64,000 nt of DNA from the human T2T-CHM13v2.0 reference genome, Homo sapiens (GCF_009914755.1 NC_060925.1); one strand, 5' to 3'; shown: positions 1-13,290, counted from the first letter of the stretch. Numbers and translations: made by a program. Notes: generated by a model from the sequence alone, not told the origin.

Positions 1-218
1 GTTTAGACTGTGCAGTCCAACCCTAGCAAAAAGGGGAAAGATACAGAAGCAGAAGATGTGTTAGAGATAATAAAAACCCCTGCTTTCTTTGTTCTGTATG
101 CTCTCACCATTGCTCCATATGCAAGACACACCCTTCTGCAGAGGTAAATTTGCCTTGCTGATATGTTCTCTGTCTAAGTACTTGTTTTCTTTGTGACTCC
201 AAACTCTTATTTCCAACA
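1..218 (+). mobile_element. 3' part of an ERV1-class LTR (MER4-group-like), cut by the window edge
   Basis: AATAAA at ~69, then a U5-like segment (cccttctgcagaggtaaatttgccttgctga) ending in ...tttccaaCA; family is from recalled consensus. Confidence 0.6.
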
Positions 219-237
219 ATGAGCCTGGAGTCTGTGA

Positions 238-367
238 CTGTAGTCCCAATTGCTCTGGAGGCTGGGGCCAGAGGATCACTTCAGCCCAGGAGCTGGAAGC
301 TGCAGTGAGCTGTGATTGCTCCACTGTACTCCAGCCTGGGTGACATCCCAAGACCTTGTATCCAAAA
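238..367 (+). mobile_element. Alu right-arm/FRAM-like fragment (old, AluJ age)
   Basis: tgtagtccca...ggaggctg...gcccagga...gctgcagtgagctgtgattg...ccactgtactccagcctgggtgac. Confidence 0.9.
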
Positions 368-405
368 ATGAATGAATGAATGAATGAATGAATCAATCAA
401 TCAAT
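367..405 (+). repeat. (ATGA)n/(ATCA)n tetranucleotide microsatellite in the Alu tail
   Basis: atgaatgaatgaatgaatgaatgaatcaatcaatcaatc. Confidence 0.95.
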
Positions 406-424
406 CTTTTTTTTTAAATTAGAA

Positions 425-640
425 ATAAAAGGGATATCTCTCATGTCCTTGAGAAAGACATTTCTGGGTTGTAACATTGGCAGGAGACTTTCTAAATGAT
501 TCACATCTCGAAGGGAAAGAATTTATAAGTGTTGTAAAGTTAATGCTTTAGGAAATAGGGAGTCCAGTGGCCTAGAGTCGGAAAGAGGCCTCTTTAAACA
601 TTAGTTGATCTGATTAGAATATTAAGGCTATCTTAGTTCC
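425..640 (-). mobile_element. MER31-like ERV1 LTR fragment
   Basis: The reverse complement resembles the recalled MER31 5' end (...agccttaa...tcagatcaactaatgtttaaagaggcc...ctaggccactggactccct...). Confidence 0.6.
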
Positions 641-1489
641 TGGTTAAGTAGCTATTCACTTCCTCTGCCCTACTTCCCAACTTGGCTCACATTTTAGGGT
701 CTGTTTCTTATAAAAATACAATAGATCAAATTTGGTTTTAGAATTTTTTTTTTTTTTACAGTTAAGACAACTCAATCTAAATTGGTTTAGTAATGAATTA
801 ATTGGTGGATTTAAAGACTTGGACAGTGAAAACCTCCAAAGATAGGCTAATTTTCAGGCTTAGTGGATCTGCTGTCTTTGTATTTGCTCCATTCTCTGCC
901 TGACTTCTCCCACGGTAGGAAGAGTGTTCTAAAAGCAACAAGCTTATGTGATCATTCTGACAGAGAAGAGGGTGTGGTGGGCGGGAGGTTTTTAAAATTT
1001 CAAATAAACGTTTTGAGCTTTACATTGATTGGACCACCCTTGAATTAGAATATGGCAACGGTGCTCTCCAAACACTGGTTCATTTCTGACCCAGTAACTG
1101 CAGTAATGAAGACAGAATTTTCATGAAGCTAAGGGACTCTCTGGAGTGAAGGGTAAACTTAATCCATGTAAACCTCTTGGTTGCTACAAAATGGGGAAGA
1201 GGAGAATGAATTCTTGAGGTGCACATGGGGTAGGAGAAGAGGATGAGGATATGGTATCTTCTACTACTACTAGGATATGATTGTCAAGTAATCTTGTTAA
1301 GCCTTGACCAGTGCTACAGTACTACAATCCACTAATAAACAGGATTTTGCCACATGATAACATATGGCCACCTTAAATGCAGCTTTACTCAAACTGAAAT
1401 TATTCTCTCTTACTTATTCCTCTTTAAAACTGCTCCACTTTGCTATAGGGTCACTCTGGGGTATATTTTAAATCTAAAATCTATCAGTT

Positions 1490-1655
1490 ACTAATTGTGT
1501 GATTGAGAGTAAGTTGCTAAACTCTCTCACATTCTATTGTTCCTTTTATAAAATAGAAATTAAAATATCTCTTTGGCAGAGTATCATGAGAATGAAAAGA
1601 ATCAACATTTTAATGTGCCTAATTCTCTGCCTGGCTTATAGAATAAATTTATTTA
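1490..1655 (+). mobile_element. MIR fragment
   Basis: aagttgctaaactctct...tataaaatagaaat...atgagaatgaaa...tgcctggc, a MIR core pattern. Confidence 0.55.
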
Positions 1656-1869
1656 AAGTCACTTACTTTCCTTTCCTTCCCCTTGTCTACCATAACAGGT
1701 TAAGCCCATGTGTCTGGATTTTCAGTTACTTCAGCATCTCAATTAATATATTCACTTAGTGAATTCAACAGAATTTCTTGCCTGGTCCTCAGTGTATGCC
1801 ATGTGCTTTCTTAAGCCTTTGCTCAGTCTGCCTTCAGTACTTGGGAAGTCCTCTGTCCATTTCCATCCC

Positions 1870-2005
1870 ACATTTCTGAGCCTTGGTTTAATCTTGTAAA
1901 AAGAAAAAAATAATACCTATTTCATGGGTTGTTGTCAAAATTAAAGGAGACTCTCTAGAACTTAGACAGCTACCAATATATGGAAAGTGCTGTAATTATC
2001 ATTAC
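1870..2005 (+). mobile_element. MIR fragment
   Basis: tctgagccttggttt...tgtaaaa...taatacctatttcatgggttgttg. Confidence 0.65.
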
Positions 2006-2036
2006 TGTACCAGATATTTTATACCCTGGGCCCTGG

Positions 2037-2356
2037 TGAGACAAGCCAGATGGGAGGGGAGTCCCTGGAAAAACTCCAACCGGCCAGTGCACTGGGGTGG
2101 AGCCTCAGGAAATGTGTGCCCTTTGCAGCAAAGAGCGTGGTTCCTCCTCTTCCTGGGTGTAAACTGCGATTCAAAAAGCCAGGTGGGAAGCCCTGTAGTA
2201 GGGACTCTGGCTTTGTCCCTGTTTCCCCCTTTTCTTCCTCTTCACCCACTAAAACCCTGTTTTACTCACGGTTCAAATTGTTTGGCAGCCTGAATTTTCA
2301 TGGCCATGGGACAAAGAAGCCCGTCTTTAGCTGAATTAAGGAAAAGTTCTGCAACA
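2037..2356 (+). mobile_element. MER61-family ERV1 5' LTR
   Basis: TG...CA termini (tgagacaagccag...gaaaagttctgcaaca), ~320 bp, with internal ggaaaaactccaaccggcc and tttagctgaattaaggaaaag matching the recalled MER61 consensus. Confidence 0.85.
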
Positions 2357-4547
2357 TTTTTGACGTGCAACTTGGGGGCTCAAGCGGAGAAGCGGTGAGT
2401 GAAATGGGGACTCAAAACCTCTCACTGTTGCTTCTAAACCTTTTATCTTTGGACTTCAGAGGGTGGAGGAAACCATGCCCCCACCCCTATAGCTGCCGGG
2501 CGTTTCCATGGCCTTTTCCTTTTGTTTCAGGACGGATCAGCAGCTCCCTGCCACTGTCCCCTCCCTGCCAGGGCTGGGACACATGGCTCAAGGCGCTGCA
2601 GAAGGCTGGCTGGCGTTTTCTACCATGTGCCCTTGGAATCTCCTCCCACAGTCAGGGAGCCCAGCTCCAACCCACAGCAATTACACTTCTCCCCCTGGTG
2701 AAGGAAACACTTGCATAAGAATAAGAGGTTCTTCCACAGGCATTTTAAAACCTTTTTTCTTTCCTCTTCTCCACAATATCAGCGTTTAAGTTTAAGCAAG
2801 TTTTTTTATTTCTAGAAGACATTTTACTAGGCAAGGAATGATAAGAATCCCTGTGTATATTCTCTATTAAGCTTTAATTGTGAAAAAGGATTTGTAGGGC
2901 TAGTCTTGGGCTGTGGCCAATCTGGTATGCTTCCTGTGTCTGTATGGTTTGTGCTGTAAGCCTCCATCTTGTTTTACACATCCTGGGGACATGGCCCACA
3001 ACTGCTTGACAGAACTTTGTTTAGCAATCCTGCTTTAGGGGATCAGCCCTCTCTGGCCAATATCTGCATGTTTTCCTACTCCTGTCTCTTAAAGGGCCCC
3101 ACCCAGCGACTGGATTTTCTTCTGCCTCTCTGTGTGGGTACTGTGTGTGATATCTGTAAAAAGTGCGCTAATTAATTTGGCCTAAAGAAAGACAAGAACT
3201 TGGATCAAATTTTTTTTAAGGGAAGTTAAAAGCTGTGGTATCTTTCAGTTCACATGACTTTAATCTCTGAGAAATAAAAACAGCCCTAAAGACTATTGGT
3301 AAAATGCAGGTGAGATGCAAGGTTTTCTAAGTGTTTTGAGGTTAAAAACTGCTTTTTGGGTTTTGAGAACTATTTGACTTGAAGGCTTCACAATTGGTAA
3401 GGCCTGGGGACATATGGAAATAACCACGCTCTTAATTATGCTGGGAGTCAAACCTTGGCTGCACCTAGCACACAATTAAACAACTTACCAAGTTTTTACC
3501 TTAAAAGTTAAAAATTGCTAGGAGTTACTATTCCGAGATGTAATTGAGACTACAGGAAATAGATTTATATGCAAGATGTGTAAGAACAGTAAAATGTGGT
3601 GTTTTTTTGTAAAATATTATAAGAAGGCATGGAAATGTATACTTTTGCTTAGGGTTAAAGGATTGTTTAAATTAGGAAAAAGCTGAAGGTTCAAACAAGT
3701 GGTGGAGAATTGTGGAAATTAATCTTGCAGAAGAGGTTCAACATATTAACTAAATTCAAAAGGGTTATAAGGTTATAAAAGGTTTTTGCTTCTTTGAAAT
3801 TTCTGAGTCATCCTTTTGGCAAAATAAATAACTTAATGGCAATTTGGAACTCTGTTTCATAATATCAAGTGTTTTAAACCTCAAACATGTTTGACAGCCT
3901 TCCCAAAATCAAACTTTGGTTTCAAAACTGTCTTCCCTGGCACTTGGCTTTTGGAATACTTCAGAGGGCCCCTGAAGTGTCCAGAAAAGAGAGGTAAACA
4001 GGGTTATTTGACATGTTTAGGTACATGGATTGCCAAAATGATGTTCAATCTTCTTTAGGTTATATCTTGGTAAATAATGCTAATATATGTTCCAAAATTG
4101 TATGGGACTTCTAAAATTCTAATGTCTAAGTATTTGCTACCAATCGTAATTAAGGTTGTTATGTTAAGTTATTGTAAACCACGGAGACAACCAAACTTCT
4201 TTTTCCATCGTGTTTCTAACTGTAAGTACCTTGGACATTTTTCTATTCACAGAAAATTGTCTTGTTTTAATCCTTTTCAAAAGATGGTTTATAATAAGCT
4301 ATATGACTTTAACAGGCACTCTCAAATATAGGCTTCTGGTAACTTTGGAGATGGTAACATTGGAATAGAAGAAAATGTACAGGACACATAAAGAGCTGAA
4401 ATGCTCAAGAATATCAAGCAAAACAAGAGTTAACTAAATGGACTGAACTCAGAAAGCTGAAGCAAACTTTTTGACTTTTGCTTGGAATATTGCTGATACT
4501 TGTTTTGTTTTTCAGAGTCAAGGAAATTATTTTGAACTGTTTACAGG
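2357..4547 (+). mobile_element. MER61-int / MER4-group ERV1 internal region, 3'-truncated, no 3' LTR
   Basis: Follows the LTR and PBS and carries typical MER4-group internal motifs (cacatgactttaatc, ggattgccaaaatgatgttcaat, gttttgtttttcagagtcaaggaaa); no intact gag or pol ORF. Confidence 0.75.
2361..2380 (+). other. Degenerate retroviral primer-binding site (tRNA-Lys-like)
   Basis: tgacgtgcaacttgggggc immediately after the LTR resembles TGGCGCCCAACGTGGGGC. Confidence 0.5.
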
Positions 4548-4848
4548 AACGATAAACCAAAAGTGTTTTATACATTTTTGCTCTTTGAATTACTTCATTA
4601 TTAACTTATCTGCAAAATTCCCTGAGAATATTTTAACATTATAGAGAAGCACTGTAAAACCTTGATAAATTACCCTTAAATATTTACCTAAATTAGATAG
4701 GAGCAGATAAGAAATATCTCTACCATCAACTTTCAGATATAACCAAATAAATGAACATATTCAGAAGAAAAAATAATTCTAGAAATCATTTCACCTGGTT
4801 TATGGGAGTAAGGAAATTCAATAAAATCATATTATTCTTGTTAGAAAT

Positions 4849-5224
4849 TGTCTTAGTCTATTTTGTGTTGCTTATAACAGGATAACACAGATTGAGTAAC
4901 TTATAATGAACAGAAATTTATTTGGCTTATGGTTCTGGCAGCTAGGAAGTCCAAGAACATGGCACTGGCATCTGCTGAGGGACCTTGTGCAGTGTTATCC
5001 CATGGCAGAAAGTGGAAAGGCAAGAGAGCACAGGTGAGAGAGAGAGGCCTAAACTCACTTTTATAACAACCTGCTCTCATGATAATTAACTCACTCCTGC
5101 AATAACAATATTAATCCAGACATGAAAGTGGAGCCCTCATGGCCTGATCACCTCTTAGTTCCATCTCCTAATACCTTCCCAATGGCAATTAAATTTCAAC
5201 ATGAGTTTTGGAGGGGACATAGCA
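4849..5224 (-). mobile_element. MST-type MaLR solo LTR (MSTC/MSTD-like)
   Basis: tgtcttagtc...atgagttttggaggggacatagca with a 5-bp target-site duplication (TSD) gaaat on both sides. Confidence 0.88.
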
Positions 5225-6164
5225 GAAATAAGTTCTTACTGTTCAGTAAGTTGAGAGTCACAAAGGACCACTTCCCAAAATAGTGGCCCTCTTTCTCATT
5301 CAGTTTTGAACAATTTTGAGAAATAAAAAACAATAGATAGAAAATCAGTACATTATTTTTAGTACTTCAGACTGGAGGACATAATTTAAAACAATATTAG
5401 CTAATTGGTTGAGCCCCATATTATATCTCAATATTAGTCATATTTAACTAAGTTCTTGCTGAAACTAAATAATACTTCACTCTGAAGGAGGACCAGGTTC
5501 TTGATGGAGAAAACCAGCCCCCAAATTAGCAGAGCCAAATCTTTATTCCTCTGATACCACCGGCATCTCTGAAGAACAGATGCCACAGAAGAGATATACT
5601 TCCCAAGAGGAGCAGAGATCTCTGAGGCCATACCTGCTCCTAAGAAAAAGACAGAAGTGGCTCTCTACATTCATTTACACATATATTGTTTTTAAGACAA
5701 CTCCCCACCTGGATACATTTCTCTACCTTTCCTATGGCAAAGAAAATTGTGAGGCTAAGAGAGGCTGGGGCATGTTTATGGAAAATGTCCATTTATTAAA
5801 AACTCCCCCAGACGAGTGGGGCAGTAATGTCCTCCACTACGACAACTCTATCCATGGAGATGGTTAAATATTTTTTTCCAAAAGAATACACATGTGAGAT
5901 GCAATTCTCAGATGTCATTAACATATACATGCACATAAATAGTTTTATTCTTAATAAAGATCTTCTCATTTGTCTTAAGATAAAAGGGACATTGCCACAG
6001 ATTATCTTATTATTTTCTTTATTTTAAATTTTGTTTTTCATGTTCATTTTTAGTTGATTACATCGAGTTCCATTGTTTATTTTTATAGTTTCTATTTATG
6101 AAAATTTTGTTCATTTTTTCCATTTGTTCTAGTGATATAAAATTTCCTTTTTTGAAAAAAAATA

Positions 6165-6280
6165 AAGACGACGTGTCACTATGTTATTCAGGCTGGTCTC
6201 GAACTCCTGTGCTGAAGCAATCCTCCCGCTTCGGCCTCCCAAAGTGCTGGGATTACAGATGTGAGCCACAAGGCCCAGCC
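6165..6280 (-). mobile_element. Alu left monomer (FLAM_C-like)
   Basis: ggctggtctcgaactcctg...gcctcccaaagtgctgggattacag...gagccac. Confidence 0.9.
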
Positions 6281-7076
6281 CCTTTCTTTAAAATAAAAGA
6301 AGCAGTTAATTTGTGGATTTTATTATATTAATTCTGTTACAGTCTGTATATAGGCACAGAAAAATTGTGAGGTCTGGACCTGGAAAACTAAAATATTGAC
6401 AATTTTGGTCTAAAGGACAACAGTGATCTATATTTCAGTGTGGTGTCATACTATCCCCCCATAAATATCAACTAACAGAGTCAAAGCCAGGTACATGGTA
6501 GCTGTAACTATGATCACTGTTCTTTGAAAGCACTTTTTACTAGTGAGTACACGAAAGCTGAACAAGCAGGCACAGATTTTTAAGGTATTGGATATCTAGT
6601 ACAGCCACCTCTGCTCTCAGATTCTTCGTTTTGTTCTGCATTTTGCTGTGAAAGTGCTTTAAAATTGATGAGCCTTCTTGGGAAAGGTCCACTGTCAGGT
6701 TGTGGCAGATGTTACAGCAGCTGCTCCCATGTTTTAAAGTGCCTTTGATGTGATCCAGCCAATGCGATGGAAAGCAGCCTTCAAAGTGGAAAGAGTAGCA
6801 GCTGTGGCTGCAGCAGACCTTCCATTGATGGAGCCTGTTGAGGAGTCTAAATGGCTCCAAAAGATCATGAAGCTGGGCTGATGGACATTCAATCACCATA
6901 CCCACTCCACTGTTGTGCCAAGTAGGGAGAATAGAGAGAGAAGCAGTTGTGCCAGCTGCTACTATTGGGGTTATGATGCATTTCATTCTGTAATGAATAT
7001 TCTTAGTGTTTTCTTTCTCCGAAATCTCATGAGCTTATAGTACATGTTCCTCCATAGGCAAAATTCTTAAATCAAT

Positions 7077-7440
7077 ATTCATTCACTCGACTAATATTTA
7101 TTGAGCTTCTGATGTGGCAGTCACCGTGAGGCCCTAGGGATTCAATAATAAATAAGAGAACATTTTTCCTTTCAAGAGCTTAAAACTCATAGGGAAAATA
7201 ATATATAAGGAAAAAGGCCATGTGCCGTCATTAAGGGTTATGATATTGGCAAACGGTGGTTCCTAAGAGAGATTGTGAATATAGATGACATATAGGAGGA
7301 ATACGGGAAAGCTAAATAAAGATGTTTGCAAAGAACAATTAGACTTTAATCTAAAAACAATGGGAAACAATTACAGCCTGAAAACATAGGAGGGAAAGAT
7401 TTTTTGTTTTGAAAAAAAGAAAAAGATATTGATTGGAAGC
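7077..7440 (-). mobile_element. L2 3' fragment
   Basis: attcattcactcgactaatatttattgagc is the L2 3' terminus signature. Confidence 0.6.
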
Positions 7441-7945
7441 AGAAAACGCTACCAACCCAAGAGACAACTCTTCCCAGTATGTGCAGTGTTAACATATACT
7501 TTATTTAAAACATATTTTAAAAGCCGATCCTAAGCACAAGGAGGTTTAAGCAGCACTGAGACCAGCAGGGCCCCTGATGAAGATAATGGTGAGAAAATAA
7601 TAATCTCTGCTCACAGCTGGCAACTTGGAGCTCTGCAGCTCCCAGTAGCTACTGGTGATCATGCTGAAACAGATGGCCTCACTTGGCCCAACTAGCCATT
7701 CAGTATATCCTTTGATTTCATTCCTTAATCTGTAGTGTGTCAGTGATTGAGAAGAAAGATCACAGCTTACTGGTGTTGTTATGAGATAGGATGTAATAGT
7801 GACATCATTCTAGCCTTAAGACCCAGCTCAAATCTGGAAAAGACTGAATGTCAATGATGTCATCCTCCATCCCTACTTCTACTCACTCATCCCTTCTCCT
7901 ACTCACCTCTTCCTCACAAATCTTCCTACAACAATCATCTAGAGT

Positions 7946-8840
7946 CACGGCCTGTTTCGTGGGCTTATGAACCACACAGTCCCACAGGGATCCATGCCCG
8001 GAAGTATGTCCCATGCTTGGGGTTTGACGCTGCCTTGGAATTGATAATAACTATCTTTGTTTTTGGTTTTGTTTTGTTTTGTTTTTGTTTTGTTTTTTTT
8101 TGAGACAGAGTCTTGTTCTGTCGCCCAGACTGGAGTGCAGTGGCGCCATCTCGGCTCGCCGCAACCTCTGCCTCTTGGGTTCACGCCGTTCTCCTGCCTC
8201 AGCCTCCCGAGTAGCTAGCTGGGACTACAGGCACCCGCCACTATGCCCGGCTAATTTTTTTTGTATTTTTAGTAGAGACGGGGTTTCACCGTGCTAGCCA
8301 GGATGGTCTCGATCTCCTGACCTCATGATCTGCCCGCCTCGGCCTCCCAAAGTGCTGGGATTACAGGCATGAGCCACCGTGCCTGGCCTGTAACTTTATC
8401 TTTGAAATTTTGTTTTGTAAGTGAAGCCAAGTGGGACAACTGAGCATGCACTAGAGGCTTGGAGTTTCGGCTTAAGTGTGGCTGCTTAAGCCACACGGCT
8501 CGCTGCCATGCCCACTTCCTTGACCCTGTCCAGAGACCCTAGTCACCAACCATCCTCTTTAGAGGCCTGGGCCCGGGTGCAGGGAGGGTCAAGGTCAGGC
8601 ATGCACACTCCAGGCACCAAGTCGCTGGGCCACACTCTTGGCAATTGGAAGGATCTGCACAAGGCCTGTGAGTATTTCTGTGCCTGAAGGAGTACAGAAT
8701 TAAACAACAATATACCATAACAAGTCACGAGAGAAACCACAGAGAAAAAGGAAAAAAAGCCTTTTCTGCTTCTCGAACAAGGGGCTCGGCATCTTTATTT
8801 TGCTCTGCTACCCACAAATTACGTAAACAAGATGGTCCTA
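7946..8840 (+). mobile_element. MER45-family (MER45C-like) hAT-Tip100 DNA transposon, interrupted by an Alu
   Basis: The 5' end cacggcctgtttcgtgggc and the 3' end gaacaaggggctcggcatctttattttgctctg...cacaaattacgta resemble MER45 termini. Confidence 0.75.
8056..8388 (-). mobile_element. Full-length AluY-like element
   Basis: Dimeric Alu with gggttcacgcc, gccaggatggtctcgatctcctgacctc and a (GTTTT)n tail; many CpGs retained. Confidence 0.95.
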
Positions 8841-10944
8841 CTGAGAGGGAAGCAGCAAGTAGTCTTCTGGAATGGGCCAGAACATCTTAAGTTTGACAGA
8901 ATCCCTGCCTGTCTCCATTGTTCCTGCACACTGAGATGAGAATGTTGGCTTGATTACTTTTATTCCTTTTGCTTTGCCTCACATTTTGAAATTTTACTGT
9001 TTGATTTTAGGAGCTTTCATTTACAGTACAGGCCTGCCAGGAATACTTTCTGGAAGAGCTACAGTTTGAGGGAAATGATAAATAAATACCAACTGAAAGG
9101 TAGGATTTTGTAGGGAAATCAAGCAGGGAGAAAGCATAGGGTGAGGCTCTGAGTCATGACCGAGAAGCTGTGTAATAGACAACAACTCTTCTAAAATGCA
9201 AGTTCTACATTTAGGTGTACATAGTGATTATGATCTTACTTTATCCACCTAGTTCCTCTTAGATTTATTGCATCTGTGATGTTGTTTTGCATTGTATGAC
9301 CAAATATTATGTTATTGCACAGCAACTAACACATTGAATTCAAATAAACTATTTTTGAAATGCAATTTACAAATTCTGATTAACGTTTAAAAAACTAGAA
9401 GTTTTTAAGTCATAGTTTGTGTTTATTATATAACTGCAGAAATATTTTAAAGATAAAATTAAAGAGATTGTTCACAAGGGGAAGACCAACTGGCAATAAA
9501 ACTGTAAGTAAGAATTAATTGCAATTTTTACAAGCAAGCCAGTTGTCAGAATAACAAATAATTCTTTAATGTGTTTTATCAGTTGGTTGATTTTGTTGGC
9601 AGGAAATCACTATTGAGGAAATGTAATGAAGTGTCCTCAGATGTGAAATTCAGAAATAAGAGTGGGTTCTACCCTGTAAACAGAATCAGTTGAATCATTA
9701 AAAACACTGCACTGATGGAGTCTAGACATATTGATAAGATATAAAAAAGTTTCATTTGAAAATGGTGTCTTATAAAAGTGAAGCCAGATCAGCTCTTAAA
9801 AGGATGGTTTAAATTATACTGGTCTTTCATGAGAGGAAAAATAGACCTTATGTCTTAAATTAAGTAAATTAAAACATTTATATTTCATCAAAATTCAATA
9901 AGCTTCTTTTGAATTTGAAAAAATTACATTTAAGATTAACTTGCTTGGAATATATATAGATGATTGTTTCTGACCTTTTGCACACAAATTCCATATTTAC
10001 ATCTTATAAATAATAAACCTTAGCAAGTTTCATTCTGTGGCCATAAAAATAAGAAACTTTGAGTTTCTTTATTCTGTTGGCAGTCCCTTAAGGAAAGAGT
10101 GCTGTAAGCAGCTCCTTCTGGCTGCCAGAAGGGTTCAAGGATGTCCTGAACACAGGGAAAGGCTTTAATAACATCACAAAATTGTACATTGGCCTCAGTG
10201 CAGGTGTGCTTTGCTCCTGGGAGCAGCACAGATGGAAAACAGCAGAATAAGCACACTGTATATACTTATAGATTGAAATCTTCAGTGAACACATTGCCAA
10301 GGTGAATCTCAGGGTCAACTTCTGTGGCCAATATCAGGATATATTCCCTTCTTCTGTATTATATTATTGTCTCTCTTAGCTGTCTCGTAATTGGTAGGTA
10401 TTGTAAATGTTAAGTATTGCCCAAATCATGATACAAATAAAATTTTGTAACTTATAATTATTGTATTTTTTGAAGATATCAGCAAGTGCCTACTAGATGC
10501 CAGGCATTGAAAAGTGTTGGGGCTTCCAGAAAGACACTGTCATTCCCCTTGGACAGAAACATGGGGATGGCACAGATTAAGTAAGAAGCTCCAAATATGC
10601 AGTGAAAAGCAGAAGAGATCAGAAAACATTGGGAAAGGATCCCCCTCCTTGTATATACCAGAGCAGAGATTTCAATAGAAAACTATTTCAATGGAAAAAA
10701 TAAATAAAGCCAGTATGACTACTACTAATAATAATGTAAAAGTCCAAATTTGCTAAAAGACACTTTAACAAAGCAATTTACCCTTAGCTTATAAGAGAAG
10801 AGAGTATTAGGTCATAAAGAAACTGGACAAATATACAAGAGATACACAAATATACAAGATAGGTAAAATTTTATATTTTAGTGAATATAATGCAGAGTTG
10901 TAATTTAAACTTCATCTATTCTGTTAAGATCCAGTTCAGGTTAA

Positions 10945-11125
10945 TTTCACACATTCTTGTTGAGTGCCTACCATGTTTCATAGACTGTACTTGGCACTGA
11001 AGAGAATAATGAATAATGAAGGAAGCACACACACGACTAGAGTACAACAATAAGATCCCAGGAAGGTTGGGTGCTAAGATGAAGGAGAGATGATTTTGAT
11101 GTCTGAGTGCTCAGAGATGTTCTTT
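10945..11125 (-). mobile_element. L2 fragment
   Basis: ttgttgagtgcctaccatgtt...actgtacttggcactga. Confidence 0.55.
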
Positions 11126-11856
11126 ACAATTTCACTTATTTAAGTTACATTAATTTATAAAAAACATAATGGTGCTTCCGCCTCCAAGACCAGTTATGTT
11201 GGTTTATAAAAGATAATTTACAAATCTCATTTACTTCTCTAACAATGTTTAAACTGTGCTAAGTAACTCTATTTACTCAATGAAGAGATTAATTTTATAA
11301 GGTGAAACAACTGTCTTAATTTAAACAATATCTCAAATGAAAGCAGATCATTATTCAGCCCCTCCCCAAGCATTAATCACCTGCCCAAATGACCTTAACT
11401 GATTTACTCCAGCAACCAGCATGATTACAAATAAAAGTTAATTCTGATTTTAATTTTATTTTATAATCAGATCTTATTTTATTAAAATTAGCTCTAGGCT
11501 TTTTTGCTACTAAAGCATAAACTACAAATCATATTTTCCATTTGGAATAGTTCTTACCCCTTAGGAGAAAATCAATACATGAAAATTAAATTTCAAAACT
11601 GCATTAACAGCATCTTCGAGGTCAGGTATTCTAATAGGCTCCGAGTGGAAATTATAGAGTCACTATTTGTGGACAATATAATTATTTGTACTACCTTTTA
11701 CTTTATAGAACACAACAAAAAAGAAATTAAATCTGGTATAAAGATTCAGTTAAAAAATAGACATATGTTTATATCATCTTAATACCACTAAACTTAATGA
11801 TTTCACATGAGCATTTGTTTTAATTCATGGAATCTGCCTTAAAATGTGAATATTTA

Positions 11857-12222
<366 letters not shown>

Positions 12223-12702
12223 CTAAATCATTAAAGATATTTATTAATGGAATAGGAGATCTGTTAGAAATTTTAAAAATCAACAAGTCCAATCACAAAT
12301 TTAAAGAAAATGAGAATTATATTAAAGAACAAATACGATTCTTAATTTTATCTCTTAAGAACTATTCTCATAAGATTTCCTTTTTCTCCATACTGCATTT
12401 CCTTACATACTTAGGATTTGGAGCTTAATCCATTGGGAAATTTTGATAGTTGTGATGTCTGTTAGTTGTATAACAGCAGGAATTTATGTCTGATGTATCC
12501 CTTGACACATACTTCTTTTTGTGGGCAAGGGAGTTGCAAAACAGGTAAATGGATTTGCAGAATGGGAACAGATAGTAGTGGACTCATTATCAGGAACCAA
12601 AAACTGTAATGCATTGTAATTTTAAAAAGTCATCATTGTTTTGACCCAGATAATTCTTATAAGATTATGCTGCCTTTAGGAAATTTTTTTTCCTTACTAT
12701 GA

Positions 12703-13176
12703 TATGGCAGAGACGGCTCATTGATTTCCTAATGCCTATTCCCGTTTCTTAAGCACAGTATCCCCTACACTTAACAGTCACATGGCTGCTTAACTAGAGA
12801 TTACATTTGCTAATGTATATACCATGCAGCTAGAAATGCTCATGTAATTAACTTTTGCTCAGTAGAAGCTGAGTGTGGAGGGATATGTGCCGTTTGTCAC
12901 AAAAGCTTAAAAGAAAGCAACTTGTGCTTCACCTCCTCTTCACTGGCTAAACTGTGGACACAGTGAGAGCCAGCTGGTCCTGACCATGAAGAGATAGGCC
13001 ACACTTTAAGTGATGATGGAATGAAAAAAACACATGGAATTGGGGTTCCTGGATAACCTCATGGAGGAGAGCTCCCTTATCCCCTGGTGGCTTATCCCCC
13101 CTACCAATTCAGACGTTGAAGTAAAAGTAGAATAAATTTTCAATCTTATTTAAATCACTATTTGTTGTCTTCTGAC
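12703..13176 (+). mobile_element. Old MaLR LTR (MLT1J/K-like)
   Basis: cacatggctgc...attacattt...gaccatgaag...aataaatttt...ttatttaaatcactatt pattern. Confidence 0.65.
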
Positions 13177-13256
13177 AAAGACTTCCAATCTTGAAGACCC
13201 ACATCCTACAAAATATGCAAGAATAAACTGATACTCTATATGTCCTTGTGAAAGAG

Positions 13257-13258
<2 letters not shown>

Positions 13259-13290
<32 letters not shown>
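13259..13290 (+). repeat. (GT)16 microsatellite
   Basis: Read directly from the sequence. Confidence 0.98.

Noticed and set aside
2019-3175. Cluster of overlapping 68-117 aa ORFs
   Set aside because: They lie in the GC-richer MER61 LTR and leader and show no gag, pol or env motifs.
5480-5867. 95-aa ORF with a DEWG motif faintly resembling ferritin light chain; possible processed pseudogene
   Set aside because: The similarity is limited to four residues, there is no poly-A or TSD, and the 3' part looks more like MER5-type remnants.
7945-8297. ORFs with LECSGAISA-type peptides, also at 14896, 16421, 18181, 29433, 36839 and 62638
   Set aside because: These are translations of Alu sequence.
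10827-10859. Short direct repeats (acaaatatacaaga twice; similar cases at 18625-18658 and 54992-55030)
   Set aside because: Ordinary slippage micro-duplications with no further structure.
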